Source: a virus (lineage: Duplodnaviria > Caudoviricetes). Taken from it: a stretch of DNA of 57,294 nucleotides. This document shows positions 35,587 through 45,243 of the stretch, in pieces (position 1 is the stretch's first letter; each line of letters starts with the position of its first letter). The stretch spans positions 1 to 57,294 of the IMG/VR virus record IMGVR_UViG_3300047457_001216; one strand, written 5' to 3'. Made by a program: the position numbers and the translations under genes. A model generated the notes under the pieces. It did not search any database. It was not told the origin of the DNA and saw only the letters and a list, made by a program, of their open reading frames with translations.

Positions 35587-36144
35587 CTCAGCCGCGATGG
35601 CAGCGTCGATGCGGTCCTGCAGGTTCTCCGGCTTCAGTGACCAGACGTTCTGCCGGCTACAGTTCAGCAGTTTTTGGATGTCGGACACCGTCAGAATCCG
35701 GCCGTGAGACCTCCAGATCCGGGTAATCCACAGACAATGTGGCCGTTTGGGGCCCAGAATGAAGTTGTCGGGGCCGAGGGGCCTCCTGTGGTCCGGCCGG
35801 TACAGTTGCATGCCGTCCGGAATTTCGGGGACATCCCGGGTGAAATTCTCCCAGACCTTCCACTCTTCGCCGCAGTGCGTGCTGGCGATCATCGCATGCC
35901 AGAATACGCGGAGCTTTTTGTCCCGGAATTTTGAGCGACCACAGCCGCAGTGCTGTGTGGTCTCGCACCGTGTGCTCCAGATCTCCTTCTGCCGGTTGCA
36001 CCGGGGGCACTCGATAAGCCATGCTCCGAAGGACGTGCGGACTCCGGAGGCGTCCTGACAGAAGCCTCGGAATTCGAGGAATTTCACACCATGCTCGTTG
36101 GTGGTGCCCGTGCGGTCGACCCATTTTTTCGACCGTACATCCAT
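35521..36144 (-). CDS. degenerate HNH homing-endonuclease-like protein with C-terminal HTH
   Basis: W-x-x-x-C-x-x-C, HCGC, W-x-x-M, C-x-EW...F-x-RD, LYRPD...LGPDNF resembling LDRID...Y-x-P-x-NC. Confidence 0.65.
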   Translation of the reverse strand: MDVRSKKWVDRTGTTNEHGVKFLEFRGFCQDASGVRTSFGAWLIECPRCNRQKEIWSTRCETTQHCGCGRSKFRDKKLRVFWHAMIASTHCGEEWKVWENFTRDVPEIPDGMQLYRPDHRRPLGPDNFILGPKRPHCLWITRIWRSHGRILTVSDIQKLLNCSRQNVWSLKPENLQDRIDAAIAAELSAQLGSGDQDATVQGVDVAV

Positions 36145-36182
36145 GTGGCGTTCGCGATTGATCGTTTGCACTACAGACCCCT

Positions 36183-36216
36183 AAAAAGAGAAAAGCCGGG
36201 CTGTTTCCAGCCCGGC
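36183..36216 (-). terminator. rho-independent terminator
   Basis: On - strand GCCGGGCTG-gaaa-CAGCCCGGC followed by TTTTCTCTTTTT. Confidence 0.85.
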
Positions 36217-36251
36217 CACCCATTGACCGAAACTGTACCGCCCGATACAGT

Positions 36252-37163
36252 TTACTCGTCAATCTCCGTCGCGTCAATAGAGCCTGAGTTCCACGATTCC
36301 TTCATTCGCGTATGAATCGTGTGCTCAACAGCATCGCCTTCGACTGGCGACAGTGTCGACTTCAGGTTCAGAGTGGGCACCGAGTATTTCACCTCGACGA
36401 TTTTCCCGGTACCGTCGTCTGCCTTCGTGGTTTCCTGCTTCAGGCCGATCCCGACAACGGTGTGCCAGTACGGGACCTGCAGTCGCAGCAGCCACTGACG
36501 GATCGGCTTGAGCGCTGAGGAGCCTGTCCGGATCACGTAGGGCAGCGGGTGCGACTTTGTCAGGACGAACAGGAGCGCAGATTCCTTGGCGAATTTCCCC
36601 TTCCCGCCACGGCCGGAGCCGAACTGTGTCCACGGCAGGGCCGGCCAGTTCCAGTGGGATCGGCCGTTCTCGGTGATTTCGTAATCTCCGATCTGCTTGG
36701 CCATCTCGGAATCCACTCCCTCGATCGCCACGATCTTGCCCTGCTCGTTGCGAGTCACCTCGTTGTCAGGTCGCACCATACGGGCGATGCTCATGTCGCG
36801 GGTTGCCATGATCGGCCGGTCACCGTTGCCGAGGCCCTGTGTCGCCCAGAGCGTTCCCTGCAACGCCCAGAACACGAGCACACCCTCGATCTCGGCCAGA
36901 GACTCAACGCCACTCGCCCCCTCGATCTCCCAGAACCGGCCGCCACCCGACGGGGTTTTCACCGTGGTCAGGTCCTGTGCGGTCAGTTCCATGCCGGCCG
37001 TGTTGGCAGCCAGTGCCCTCGCCTGCACGCTGTCTGGATCGTAGGTCGGGAACCGCCGCAGCGCAGCGAAGTTGACGGGATCCGAGTGGACCAGCGCCAA
37101 AGCCTTCTGCGGGTTGGACGGGACAATCAAACGACTCACAGCATTCGAAACATTCTCAGACAT
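36252..37163 (-). CDS. putative ssDNA-binding/recombination protein
   Basis: K-x-PSGGG-x-FWE, EIEGV, QFGSG...GK-x-x-K motifs; acidic C-terminus; replication module. Confidence 0.6.
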   Translation of the reverse strand: MSENVSNAVSRLIVPSNPQKALALVHSDPVNFAALRRFPTYDPDSVQARALAANTAGMELTAQDLTTVKTPSGGGRFWEIEGASGVESLAEIEGVLVFWALQGTLWATQGLGNGDRPIMATRDMSIARMVRPDNEVTRNEQGKIVAIEGVDSEMAKQIGDYEITENGRSHWNWPALPWTQFGSGRGGKGKFAKESALLFVLTKSHPLPYVIRTGSSALKPIRQWLLRLQVPYWHTVVGIGLKQETTKADDGTGKIVEVKYSVPTLNLKSTLSPVEGDAVEHTIHTRMKESWNSGSIDATEIDE

Positions 37164-37218
37164 CTCACACCATTCTTTCTTTGAAACAGACAATCAGACA
37201 ATCGAACGATCAGACAAA

Positions 37219-37461
37219 CTACTTCACCCGGGTGACACGCCAGCCATCAACATTCTCGATGCGAGTCTTTGTCACCTTAAACTCGCACTCGACACAGTGT
37301 CGCCTCTTGAATGCCAGACAGCAAGAATGCAGACTGTGATACGTGGTATCAGCAGTCTCGAAGAACTGGCCTACAGCCAGCTCGTCGATTGGAAACTGAC
37401 GAGGCCTGCCACGGACAGGCTCCGGAATCTCGCCCCTGCGGATTTGGTATCTACTTGCCAC
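37219..37461 (-). CDS. small putative DNA-binding protein
   Basis: IP...GRP...FP-x-x-x-L-x-VGQ-x-F...WRV. Confidence 0.7.
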   Translation of the reverse strand: MASRYQIRRGEIPEPVRGRPRQFPIDELAVGQFFETADTTYHSLHSCCLAFKRRHCVECEFKVTKTRIENVDGWRVTRVK

Positions 37462-37906
37462 TGCTCACCACACTCAGTTTCGTTGTTTCGGTTTTCTTGA
37501 ACTGCTGCACGATGTGCAACGCCAGAGCAGTCTGCTCCGGATCACTCTGCTCCAACTGCTCCTGATTCTCGACAATGTCAGTTACTCGCCTCCGGAGAGA
37601 CTGCGCGTTACACGCCGGCTGAACAATGTCGGAAAAAATCGGATGGTTGGCCATCTGATACAGCAACTCGGATTTCAACTCAGGAGGCAGGCTGTACCAC
37701 ACCTCCTGACGAGGAGCAAATGTGTAGCCGTGAGCCGAGAACCGCTGCTGGCCAGACATCGCCAACCCAGTCAGCACCTGCTCCTGCAGAGCATCCATCT
37801 CTTCCTGCAGTTTCTCAATCAACTTCTTCGCCTCATCCCTCCTGTCGCGCACTTCCAGATACTGCTGAGCCAAACCACTCAGTAAATTCAATCCCTCCAT
37901 CGCCAC
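37451..37906 (-). CDS. hypothetical coiled-coil protein of replication module
   Basis: 151-aa ORF between helicase and SSB-like gene. Confidence 0.7.
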   Translation of the reverse strand: MAMEGLNLLSGLAQQYLEVRDRRDEAKKLIEKLQEEMDALQEQVLTGLAMSGQQRFSAHGYTFAPRQEVWYSLPPELKSELLYQMANHPIFSDIVQPACNAQSLRRRVTDIVENQEQLEQSDPEQTALALHIVQQFKKTETTKLSVVSSGK

Positions 37907-37950
37907 AACTCCATTCTGTCATAAAAGTGTAGGACAACACGCCACAAATG

Positions 37951-39420
37951 TCAAAACTCAAAATCATCCAGCCTCAAAATACTGTCAATCACACCCTGCT
38001 TTTTGTCACGAGCGTCATAGACAGCAGCGTCCACAGTGCCTTCTGTCACAAGGTAGTAGTACGTCACGTTCTGGGTTTGCCCGGGTCGGTACTGCCTCGC
38101 CATCATCTGGTCGTAGCCGCCGGGAGTGACCAGCCCCGTGTTCAGTATGATCCCGATCCGAGAGCGAGTCAGGTCCACTCCGGATCCGCCGGACTTGATC
38201 TGCACCGCCAGCACATCCACATCCTCGGGATACTTCGAATACTGTGTCAGGTCGTTCCGCTGGCCTGACACTTCACCGTACCGGCGGCCGAGAATCTCAC
38301 AGCATCTCTTTACCGTGGCCATGTCATGCGTAAACCACCCGTAGACACAGACCGGCTCATCCGTCTGCTCCAGCAGGTCGAGCAGCACCCGCCGTTTCTC
38401 TGTGTCTGTGTCGACTTCCTCACCATCCTCCGTCTTCACGTACCCCTGTGCAAGCTGCAGCAGTCGCATCCAGTTCACAGCACCCGTCTGCCCGACGGCG
38501 AATATGCGTTCCTCGGTGACGCCTTCACCAGATTCGATCATCTTTTTGATCTCGATCATCCCATCACGCTGCATCTTAAAATAGGCATCTTTGCCTCTTG
38601 TGAGATCGCATGAGACTCTGATCATCTGCTTGTCTGGCAACACCAGGACGCCCTTCGGAATGTGGTGCCTGTAGGGCGCAATCTTTCGTTTGATCTCGTC
38701 GATGTTCTTCCACGACTTCACCGCATTCGGGATGTACGGATTCATGATCGCATACTGCGAGCGGTAGTGTGTCCAGAACCGGCCGAACACCTTCGGATCC
38801 AAAAACCGGAACTGAGCAAACAAGTCCCCGGGATCGTTGTCGATTGGTGTCCCGCTGAGACAGATCCGCACCGTGTTCAGGGTCTTCTCCGCCAGACTGG
38901 CGACGAATTTGCTGATCTGGGACCCGTGTCCTTTGATTCGTTGACTTTCGTCGCAGACGATCGCCCGCAGCGGAATGGACAAGAGCAGTGCCTTGAACGC
39001 CGGCAGAATCGCACTCTCGTAATTCAGCACCAGAATGGACGTTTGCTGGTGCATCCGTGCGTTCGCCAATTCCACCGCCATCGCCTTCGATCGCTTCTCT
39101 GCGTTGCCGGTCTTCGGCGGCACGATCACTCGCAGGCTGGCGAACGCCGGGTGTTTTCTCTGCTCGCCCAGCCACCCGCCGATTACGGCGCGTGGACACA
39201 GGATCAGTGCTGTTTGTGAGTTCGTGAGGATCCGGCACAACGCCGACATCGCCATGAACGTCTTTCCGGTGCCCATGTGCGCCTCCAGCAGACTCGCCTG
39301 GCGGCTCGCCAAGAAGTCGATTGCTGGTGGCTGATGCCCCCAGGTTTGGGCCGGAGTGACGTTCGGCGAGTCGGTCGAAGACGTCTCTAATTGTTCGTGC
39401 TGATCGGGGATGCTCGACAT
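37951..39420 (-). CDS. SNF2-family (SF2) helicase
   Basis: MGTGKT, LILCP, NYES, CDESQRIK, LSGTP, G-x-GVDLT, Q-x-x-AR-x-YRPGQ. Confidence 0.93.
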   Translation of the reverse strand: MSSIPDQHEQLETSSTDSPNVTPAQTWGHQPPAIDFLASRQASLLEAHMGTGKTFMAMSALCRILTNSQTALILCPRAVIGGWLGEQRKHPAFASLRVIVPPKTGNAEKRSKAMAVELANARMHQQTSILVLNYESAILPAFKALLLSIPLRAIVCDESQRIKGHGSQISKFVASLAEKTLNTVRICLSGTPIDNDPGDLFAQFRFLDPKVFGRFWTHYRSQYAIMNPYIPNAVKSWKNIDEIKRKIAPYRHHIPKGVLVLPDKQMIRVSCDLTRGKDAYFKMQRDGMIEIKKMIESGEGVTEERIFAVGQTGAVNWMRLLQLAQGYVKTEDGEEVDTDTEKRRVLLDLLEQTDEPVCVYGWFTHDMATVKRCCEILGRRYGEVSGQRNDLTQYSKYPEDVDVLAVQIKSGGSGVDLTRSRIGIILNTGLVTPGGYDQMMARQYRPGQTQNVTYYYLVTEGTVDAAVYDARDKKQGVIDSILRLDDFEF

Positions 39421-39727
39421 AAAAACCCTGTTTATTGTCTCGAAAGGTGGTCAGATCAGACATCACACGAGCGGCATACTCTGCATCGCTCAATGATTCC
39501 AAAGATTCGTCATGACGGAAATGCGTGACCGTATAGCTGCACGGAATCAGCCTGCCCTTTTTTGTCGATCGGACAAGCCACGCCGTCCATGCTACGCTAC
39601 CTGTCGGCTGCTCGTAGTCGTCACGCAGCCTGTAAGACTCAATGACCAGCAAATCCGTGTTGTCGATGACCGCCTGCAGCAGCAGGCGTATCCGCAACAG
39701 GTTTCGTTTGGCCATCGGGATGAACAC
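38576..39727 (-). CDS. hypothetical protein; only first ~100 aa look genuine, rest overlaps helicase
   Basis: Fills 39421-39727 with GAGG RBS; frame stays open 845 nt into helicase. Confidence 0.4.
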   Translation of the reverse strand: MFIPMAKRNLLRIRLLLQAVIDNTDLLVIESYRLRDDYEQPTGSVAWTAWLVRSTKKGRLIPCSYTVTHFRHDESLESLSDAEYAARVMSDLTTFRDNKQGFYVEHPRSARTIRDVFDRLAERHSGPNLGASATSNRLLGEPPGESAGGAHGHRKDVHGDVGVVPDPHELTNSTDPVSTRRNRRVAGRAEKTPGVRQPASDRAAEDRQRREAIEGDGGGIGERTDAPANVHSGAELRECDSAGVQGTALVHSAAGDRLRRKSTNQRTRVPDQQIRRQSGGEDPEHGADLSQRDTNRQRSRGLVCSVPVFGSEGVRPVLDTLPLAVCDHESVHPECGEVVEEHRRDQTKDCALQAPHSEGRPGVARQADDQSLMRSHKRQRCLF

Positions 39728-39926
39728 AAAATATCCTCACTGTGCGATTGCCACTCGTGATTTTTGAGGTTAATCAGGTCGACCGGTGAGGCCGGACACC
39801 CTCGCAGTGAACTGCTCCGCAGCCACGCCACCAACGTGACTGCGGACTGGAAACCAAGACGACTGCTACATACGTCATCGCACTAAACGATTCTCCAGCA
39901 CATCAGCAAAACTGGAGAACAGCCGG

Positions 39927-39965
39927 ATTGTGGCTGGACAAACACACGTGGTCAAGTGATATAGT
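39927..39965. promoter_or_regulatory. overlapping divergent promoters
   Basis: - strand TTGACC-N17-CACAAT (39955-39927); + strand TGaTATAGT (39957-39965). Confidence 0.5.
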
Positions 39966-40024
39966 ATAAAGTTAGGATTGTTTTTCTCAGAATCGTCTGC
40001 ACAATGCAGGCGAAAGGATTCCGT

Positions 40025-41848
40025 ATGCAGACACAGGTTTTGGCTGGGGCACTGGAACTGGCGCGTCACGGGTTGCATGTTGTCAGGCTGCATTTCCCGA
40101 TATTCACTGACTCTGGCGTGTCCTGCAGTTGCCGGAACCCGGAGTGCGCAGAACGAGAGGGGCAGGGCAAGCACCCCGTGGGTAACCAATGGGGGAAGGC
40201 TGCCACAAACGATGTCGAAGTGCTACAGGATCTGTGGGGAGAGACGCCATGGAACTGCGGTATTTTGCTTGGACCTGCCCACGGGATCCCGCATGAGCAG
40301 GCTGTCATCGACATCGAGGACGATACGCCGGAAGGCAGGGAACTGGCGGATACCCTGCTGGGGGAGTTCCCGACGGTGTCGTGGACGTCGGGAAAAAGTG
40401 TCCATCGACTGTACAAATTCCACACTGGCCTGCCGAACGTCGCGAAGATCACGATCCGTGGTCTGGAGATCCGGATCGGTGGGCAGGGGAAAGAAACTCA
40501 GTCCGTCGCACCGCCGAGCAAACACCGGAACGGGCTGGAATACCGCTGGGTTGAGGGGCGAGGACTGGGGCAGATCACGATCGCGGAGCTGCCTGAGGCA
40601 TTCGTCGAGTGGGTGTCACAAGAATACACGCAGCAGAGCAGCAAATCCGGAGGGGGGCTGCCGTCGAGCGGTGACTACAAGAAATTTGCGCAGGCCGGCC
40701 AGAAGATCCGGGAGCCCGGGCGGAACAATGCCCTGCTCCAATACTCGAACTCGATGTGGCGGACGGCCTGCAAGCTGCATGGATTCAACCTGCTGGAGAC
40801 ACAGGCTGTCAGGGACCAGGTCTGGCAGTGGGTGCAGGGCGGCAATCTGCTGACCTGTGAACCACCACTGAGTGAGGCGGAGGCGTTCACGGTTTTCCGC
40901 AACTCAGAGAAATTCATGCGGCAGCAGTTACAGCAGGAGATGCTGCAGGCGCTGGAGATTCAGCGGGTGCCTGAGCCGGCGGCTGAGGCGACGACGGAGA
41001 CTCAGGGCGAGACGCCTACCGTTGCCGAGCCAGAAGTGCAGCCGGAGCCGGAGCCGGTCGACACGAGGCGATTCGGAGCGTATCTGCAGGCTGCAGGCCT
41101 GTACCTGATCAGTGACCCGTCGGTGCATGACGGCGAGGAAAGTGAGCACAGGATCGACGAGTGGGCAGCGAAGGACTGGTCGCTGGAGTATCTGCAGCAG
41201 GCGGAGCGGGAGACGGTCCGGTTGACGGCCAGAGGGTGGTCCGTGGAGATGCTCATGCTGGATCTGGCCAAGCCGGCGACAGTCGCGATCCGGCTGTTTC
41301 AGGCGTCCGGTGGTCGGTTGGTTCTGGACCGGACCTTCAGTCACTTCGAGTGGAAGACGATCTGGCTGGGACACGCCCGCAAAAAAAACGGGATCGTCCG
41401 TGGGCTGGCGGAATGGCTTAAGACGCATGCGGTCCTGCAGGTGTCCGAGATTGACAGTCTGGAAGTGCTGGTGGCGGATCTGGTGGCGAGACTGGTGGGG
41501 AGCCCGCAGAGTGTGCTGGAGATGTACGACCAGACACGGCTAGGCGGTCAGATCATGAAGCCGTTTGTCGAGCTGCAGGACCGGCTGAAAATCAGTCCGC
41601 AGAACGAGCTGATGTCCGCCGTCGACGACCGTGACCCGATCAGTGGCTGCTATCTGTGGAAGAGTCAGGTGTACGAGATCGTCGCAATGGACGAGGTCAG
41701 CAGCGCGTATGCGAAAGCCTACGGCCGCCGTGAGATCGGCTCAGCAGATCTGTCTAAGGCGTTGCAGGGGCTCGGGTTCGAGCGACACCAGTTCAAAAAA
41801 GGCAGAGTGGAAGGACGCCGCTGGATTCGCAAGGTAGAAAAATCTTAG
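40025..41848 (+). CDS. bifunctional primase-polymerase (Prim-Pol) domain protein with PriCT-like domain
   Basis: CSC...C...GKHP, WG...NCGI, VIDIED, H-x-LY, VAPPS-x-H-x-NG-x-x-Y-x-W, GRNNAL, PPL-x-x-x-E. Confidence 0.9.
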   Translation: MQTQVLAGALELARHGLHVVRLHFPIFTDSGVSCSCRNPECAEREGQGKHPVGNQWGKAATNDVEVLQDLWGETPWNCGILLGPAHGIPHEQAVIDIEDDTPEGRELADTLLGEFPTVSWTSGKSVHRLYKFHTGLPNVAKITIRGLEIRIGGQGKETQSVAPPSKHRNGLEYRWVEGRGLGQITIAELPEAFVEWVSQEYTQQSSKSGGGLPSSGDYKKFAQAGQKIREPGRNNALLQYSNSMWRTACKLHGFNLLETQAVRDQVWQWVQGGNLLTCEPPLSEAEAFTVFRNSEKFMRQQLQQEMLQALEIQRVPEPAAEATTETQGETPTVAEPEVQPEPEPVDTRRFGAYLQAAGLYLISDPSVHDGEESEHRIDEWAAKDWSLEYLQQAERETVRLTARGWSVEMLMLDLAKPATVAIRLFQASGGRLVLDRTFSHFEWKTIWLGHARKKNGIVRGLAEWLKTHAVLQVSEIDSLEVLVADLVARLVGSPQSVLEMYDQTRLGGQIMKPFVELQDRLKISPQNELMSAVDDRDPISGCYLWKSQVYEIVAMDEVSSAYAKAYGRREIGSADLSKALQGLGFERHQFKKGRVEGRRWIRKVEKS

Positions 41849-41858
41849 GATTTATGTG

Positions 41859-41887
41859 TTGACGCTGGCCGTGACTGCCGATAGGAT
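41859..41887 (+). promoter_or_regulatory. sigma70-type promoter
   Basis: TTGACG-N17-TAGGAT in intergenic gap. Confidence 0.65.
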
Positions 41888-41940
41888 TCTCGGTGTGTGG
41901 TGTTTACTGATTGGTTTATCTTTGAGCGGGAGAGATTGTC

Positions 41941-42312
41941 ATGGGTGGTCGACCGGCGGGATTCACAGTGCATCGTCAGGCGGCGATGGCTGATATCGGT
42001 GCTCAGCGTGGTGACGGGTTGTGGGGCTGGGATGCCCTGCTGGTGGACGACGGCACGTTCGCTGACGTTGTCGTGGCGTTCGATTCTGAGCAGGTAAAGA
42101 TGGACGCTGACAGCAAGGCCACAAGCCTGCAGATCACGTTCGTCGAGGTCCAGAAAATCACGATGTGGGACGATCACGGCAACGATTTGCCGGACGATCA
42201 GATTCCTGATGCCGTCAGGCAGCAGGTGATTCAGGCGGCTCAGGATGCCTTCGAGATGCACAAAGATGCAATCACCGATGTGCTGAATCATCCGATCCCG
42301 CCGAAGGCGTAG
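41941..42312 (+). CDS. hypothetical acidic protein
   Basis: ORF between promoter and terminator. Confidence 0.7.
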   Translation: MGGRPAGFTVHRQAAMADIGAQRGDGLWGWDALLVDDGTFADVVVAFDSEQVKMDADSKATSLQITFVEVQKITMWDDHGNDLPDDQIPDAVRQQVIQAAQDAFEMHKDAITDVLNHPIPPKA

Positions 42313-42315
42313 TGT

Positions 42316-42346
42316 TCCTGCCAGTGCGTTACTGGCAGGGTTTTTA
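42316..42346 (+). terminator. rho-independent terminator
   Basis: CCTGCCAGT-gcgtt-ACTGGCAGG followed by GTTTTT. Confidence 0.65.
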
Positions 42347-42362
42347 CTGTGGCAGTGTGGCA

Positions 42363-43607
42363 ATGAACGGGAGTGTGACAATGGGCGATGGGATGCAGAG
42401 AGATACCGCTTACGCTGAGAGCGTTGGTGCTATGGAGAACACTGGACTGACCAAACTGCGAGCGCATGACGTTGCAATCGCAGCAGTTGTGGTCGGGTTG
42501 GACTATACCGTGACGACCGACAGCAAAACGATCGACAGGACTCGGAAAGAGGCCAAGGCGATCCGCTGTCAGATCGAGAACATCAGAAAGGACTTGAAGG
42601 CCGATGCCGTTCGATGGGGCCAGTTGGTCGACAAAACCGCCAAGGAAGTCACGGCGCGCGTCCAGCCGGTCGAGACCCATTGCGAGAAGCTGCTGGCAGA
42701 GCAGGAACGTATTAAGGCAGAGGAGGCGTTGCGGGCCGAGCAGAAACGGCAGAACGACCTGAAGGCCGAGCGGTTGCAGCAGATTGCCTCACTGAATTTC
42801 AGCCCCGAGGTCATGGTGGAGGCTGAGAAGTACGGCTATCTGTCCGACAGCACGCTGATGCGATCCACTCCTGACGAATGGCAGAACGTCATTGATGCGT
42901 TCTACGCGCTCGCACGCCAACTGAAACAGCAGGCTGAGGACCGTGCGAGGCTGGAAGCTGAGCGGGCAGAACTGGCGCGTCAGCAGGCCGAGCAGAACGC
43001 CAAACTGGAAGCCGAACGAGCAGAACTGGCACGCAAGAAGGCCGAAGAGGACGCTCGTCTCGCAGCCGAGCGAGCGGAGATGCAGAAAAAACTGGAAGCT
43101 CAGCAGGCAGAACTGGCACGCCAGCAGGCTGAGATGCGGGCAATGCAGGAACGGATGGCGGCAGAGCGTGCAGCGATCGAAGCCGAGGCCCGCCGGCAGC
43201 GAGAGGTTGCAGAAGCTGAGGAGCGGAAACTGCGAGAGGCTGCTGAGGCCGAGGCCCGCCGACAGCGGGAAATCGCTGAGGCTGAGGAGCGGAGACTGCG
43301 GGAGGCTGCTGAAGCAGAGGAGCGACGGCAGCGAGAAATCGCTGAGGCACAGGCCCGTCGGATCGCAGCAGAGGAAGCCTTGGAGGCCCGTCTGGCTGCT
43401 GAGGCGGCCGATGCTATGCTGCAGCAGAGGCGAAGGGCTCTGGCTGCGCATGCCAACAATGTCGTCGGGGCTCTCAAGCTCGAAGGGCTGCTTGACGTCA
43501 AACAATGCTGTGACATGAGCTACAAGATCGTCTGCGACGAATGGGTTGCGTTTCAGCAATCTGTCAAACGTCGCATCGAGGCTGAAGTCACAACGTGGGG
43601 CAACTGA
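42363..43607 (+). CDS. long coiled-coil protein with E/A/R-rich internal repeats (start uncertain)
   Basis: IE-x-x-RK-x-LK...G-x-x-VD-x-x-AK motif; repeats AERAELAR and EAEARRQRE. Confidence 0.8.
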   Translation: MNGSVTMGDGMQRDTAYAESVGAMENTGLTKLRAHDVAIAAVVVGLDYTVTTDSKTIDRTRKEAKAIRCQIENIRKDLKADAVRWGQLVDKTAKEVTARVQPVETHCEKLLAEQERIKAEEALRAEQKRQNDLKAERLQQIASLNFSPEVMVEAEKYGYLSDSTLMRSTPDEWQNVIDAFYALARQLKQQAEDRARLEAERAELARQQAEQNAKLEAERAELARKKAEEDARLAAERAEMQKKLEAQQAELARQQAEMRAMQERMAAERAAIEAEARRQREVAEAEERKLREAAEAEARRQREIAEAEERRLREAAEAEERRQREIAEAQARRIAAEEALEARLAAEAADAMLQQRRRALAAHANNVVGALKLEGLLDVKQCCDMSYKIVCDEWVAFQQSVKRRIEAEVTTWGN

Positions 43608-43665
43608 ACCTGACTGTCTGAGTGTTCTGTGGCGTTTTATCAGGGTGTTTTCATCGGAGACGACA

Positions 43666-44223
43666 ATGAGTGAGAGAGTGGTTGTGGCGAAAGCCGGGAT
43701 CTGGCAGAAAGTCAACGGCGAACTGACATGCGTCTGGGAAGTTCAGGGTAAGCCGCTCGTGTGCTCCGACGGATCGCTCGTGGTCCAGAGATGGACCAAC
43801 GGGCATGTCTTCTGGGGCAATACCGGCCGCTGGTCGATTGAAGCGAACACGACTCCCAATGACCTGTTCAAGTGGGTGTGTCCACTGCCCTCTGGCGAAA
43901 GCTACAGTGAGCAGATTCTTGGGCTGAACAAGCAGGTCCTGGAATGCAAGCGGGAGCGGGATAAGGCTAATGATGAGATCGACAGACTCAACGAAGAGTG
44001 CAGCCGTTTGGCCAACGCCAAGTCACAATCCGAGGCTCTGCGGATTGAGCAGGGGCAGACAATCCAGCGACTGCAGGCTGACCTGAAGAGTCAGGTGGAT
44101 GACCTCGATATTCGCCTGTCACAGTTGCGGCACGTCAACGAGATCCAGCAGCGGGAACGTGTTGCGGCTGAGAAGGCCCTGATGGATGTTGTCAGAGTTT
44201 TGGCGAAGGAGAACTGCAAGTGA
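43666..44223 (+). CDS. paralog 1: small beta domain plus coiled coil
   Basis: GIWQ-x-x-NG...W-x-x-x-GR...DL. Confidence 0.75.
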   Translation: MSERVVVAKAGIWQKVNGELTCVWEVQGKPLVCSDGSLVVQRWTNGHVFWGNTGRWSIEANTTPNDLFKWVCPLPSGESYSEQILGLNKQVLECKRERDKANDEIDRLNEECSRLANAKSQSEALRIEQGQTIQRLQADLKSQVDDLDIRLSQLRHVNEIQQRERVAAEKALMDVVRVLAKENCK

Positions 44224-44657
44224 GTGAAGGCGAACACCAACAGCCAACGACATGCTGGCAACTCTATCGGATGCGGGGCGGGTTTGTGGTTGCCGTGAAG
44301 CCAGTGCAGAGCGACGAAGAAGACGGGCCGGCTTACGAGTGGGGACCGATTCAGTGGTTTCGTGGCGGGAATCACATTCATCATGGTGAGCATCAGTGGG
44401 ACCTTGTCGAGTATCTCGGGACAGTTGCCTGCGAATCAGCCAACGCTGAGCATCTGTCCAAAGTTGCTACGCTCCGCGAACAAAGGAACGATGCTCGCAG
44501 GCACTTGGACAGGCTGCTGGAAGAAAATCGGGAACTGAAGTCTCAGGTCGAAAAACTGAGGGATCAGTTGCGTACTCAAGATCAACAAAGCGAAGGTGAG
44601 CGCCGTGCTTACCTGCAGATGTTGCATGTTTGTTTGGAGAAATTCAGCAATGAGTGA
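44220..44657 (+). CDS. paralog 2: small beta domain plus coiled coil
   Basis: LYRMRGG...WF-x-x-G...DLVEYLG. Confidence 0.75.
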   Translation: MSEGEHQQPTTCWQLYRMRGGFVVAVKPVQSDEEDGPAYEWGPIQWFRGGNHIHHGEHQWDLVEYLGTVACESANAEHLSKVATLREQRNDARRHLDRLLEENRELKSQVEKLRDQLRTQDQQSEGERRAYLQMLHVCLEKFSNE

Positions 44658-45243
44658 GGAAACGAAGGACTGGGAGTTGTGGCGGCAGCGAAACGGGCAC
44701 GTTGTCGTGGTGAAAAAACTCGATAATGACGCTCCTGATTTGCACCGATTTCGATCAGTCAACTGTGCTTCGAAGGGGTGGTTTCCTCGTGGAAGGCATT
44801 CGCTGGGCGAAACCAATCACCCTTTGGACCTTGTGAAATTTCTGGGCATTGTACGGAGTGATGATCAGAAGCCGAATCAGTCAAGGCCGTGCCAGTCAGC
44901 GGAGATCGAACGGCTGCGGACGGAGGTCGAGCGGCTTGAGCGGCAGTCGGCGCAATATGATGCTGGATGGAAAAACGCGCTATCGACATTGGCGGAGCGT
45001 TTGACCGAGAACGAGCGACTGCAGGCCGAACTGCAAACCGTCGAACGCCTTCGCAATTTGGCAAACACCGACTCCTCGGCAGAGTTTGCTGCAGCACAAC
45101 AGTTGCGATCCGAAAACGAGTCTCTGGCCGTCCGCCTGCAACGGGCTGAGGTAGCAGCGGCTGAGGCGTTGCAGAAGTGGGAGACGACTGAGCAGGTCTG
45201 TCTGAAAATTATCACAGAATTGGTGAAGGGGGTGCGGTCGTGA
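44650..45243 (+). CDS. paralog 3: small beta domain plus coiled coil
   Basis: LWRQRNG...WF-x-x-G...DLVKFLG. Confidence 0.75.
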   Translation: MSEETKDWELWRQRNGHVVVVKKLDNDAPDLHRFRSVNCASKGWFPRGRHSLGETNHPLDLVKFLGIVRSDDQKPNQSRPCQSAEIERLRTEVERLERQSAQYDAGWKNALSTLAERLTENERLQAELQTVERLRNLANTDSSAEFAAAQQLRSENESLAVRLQRAEVAAAEALQKWETTEQVCLKIITELVKGVRS

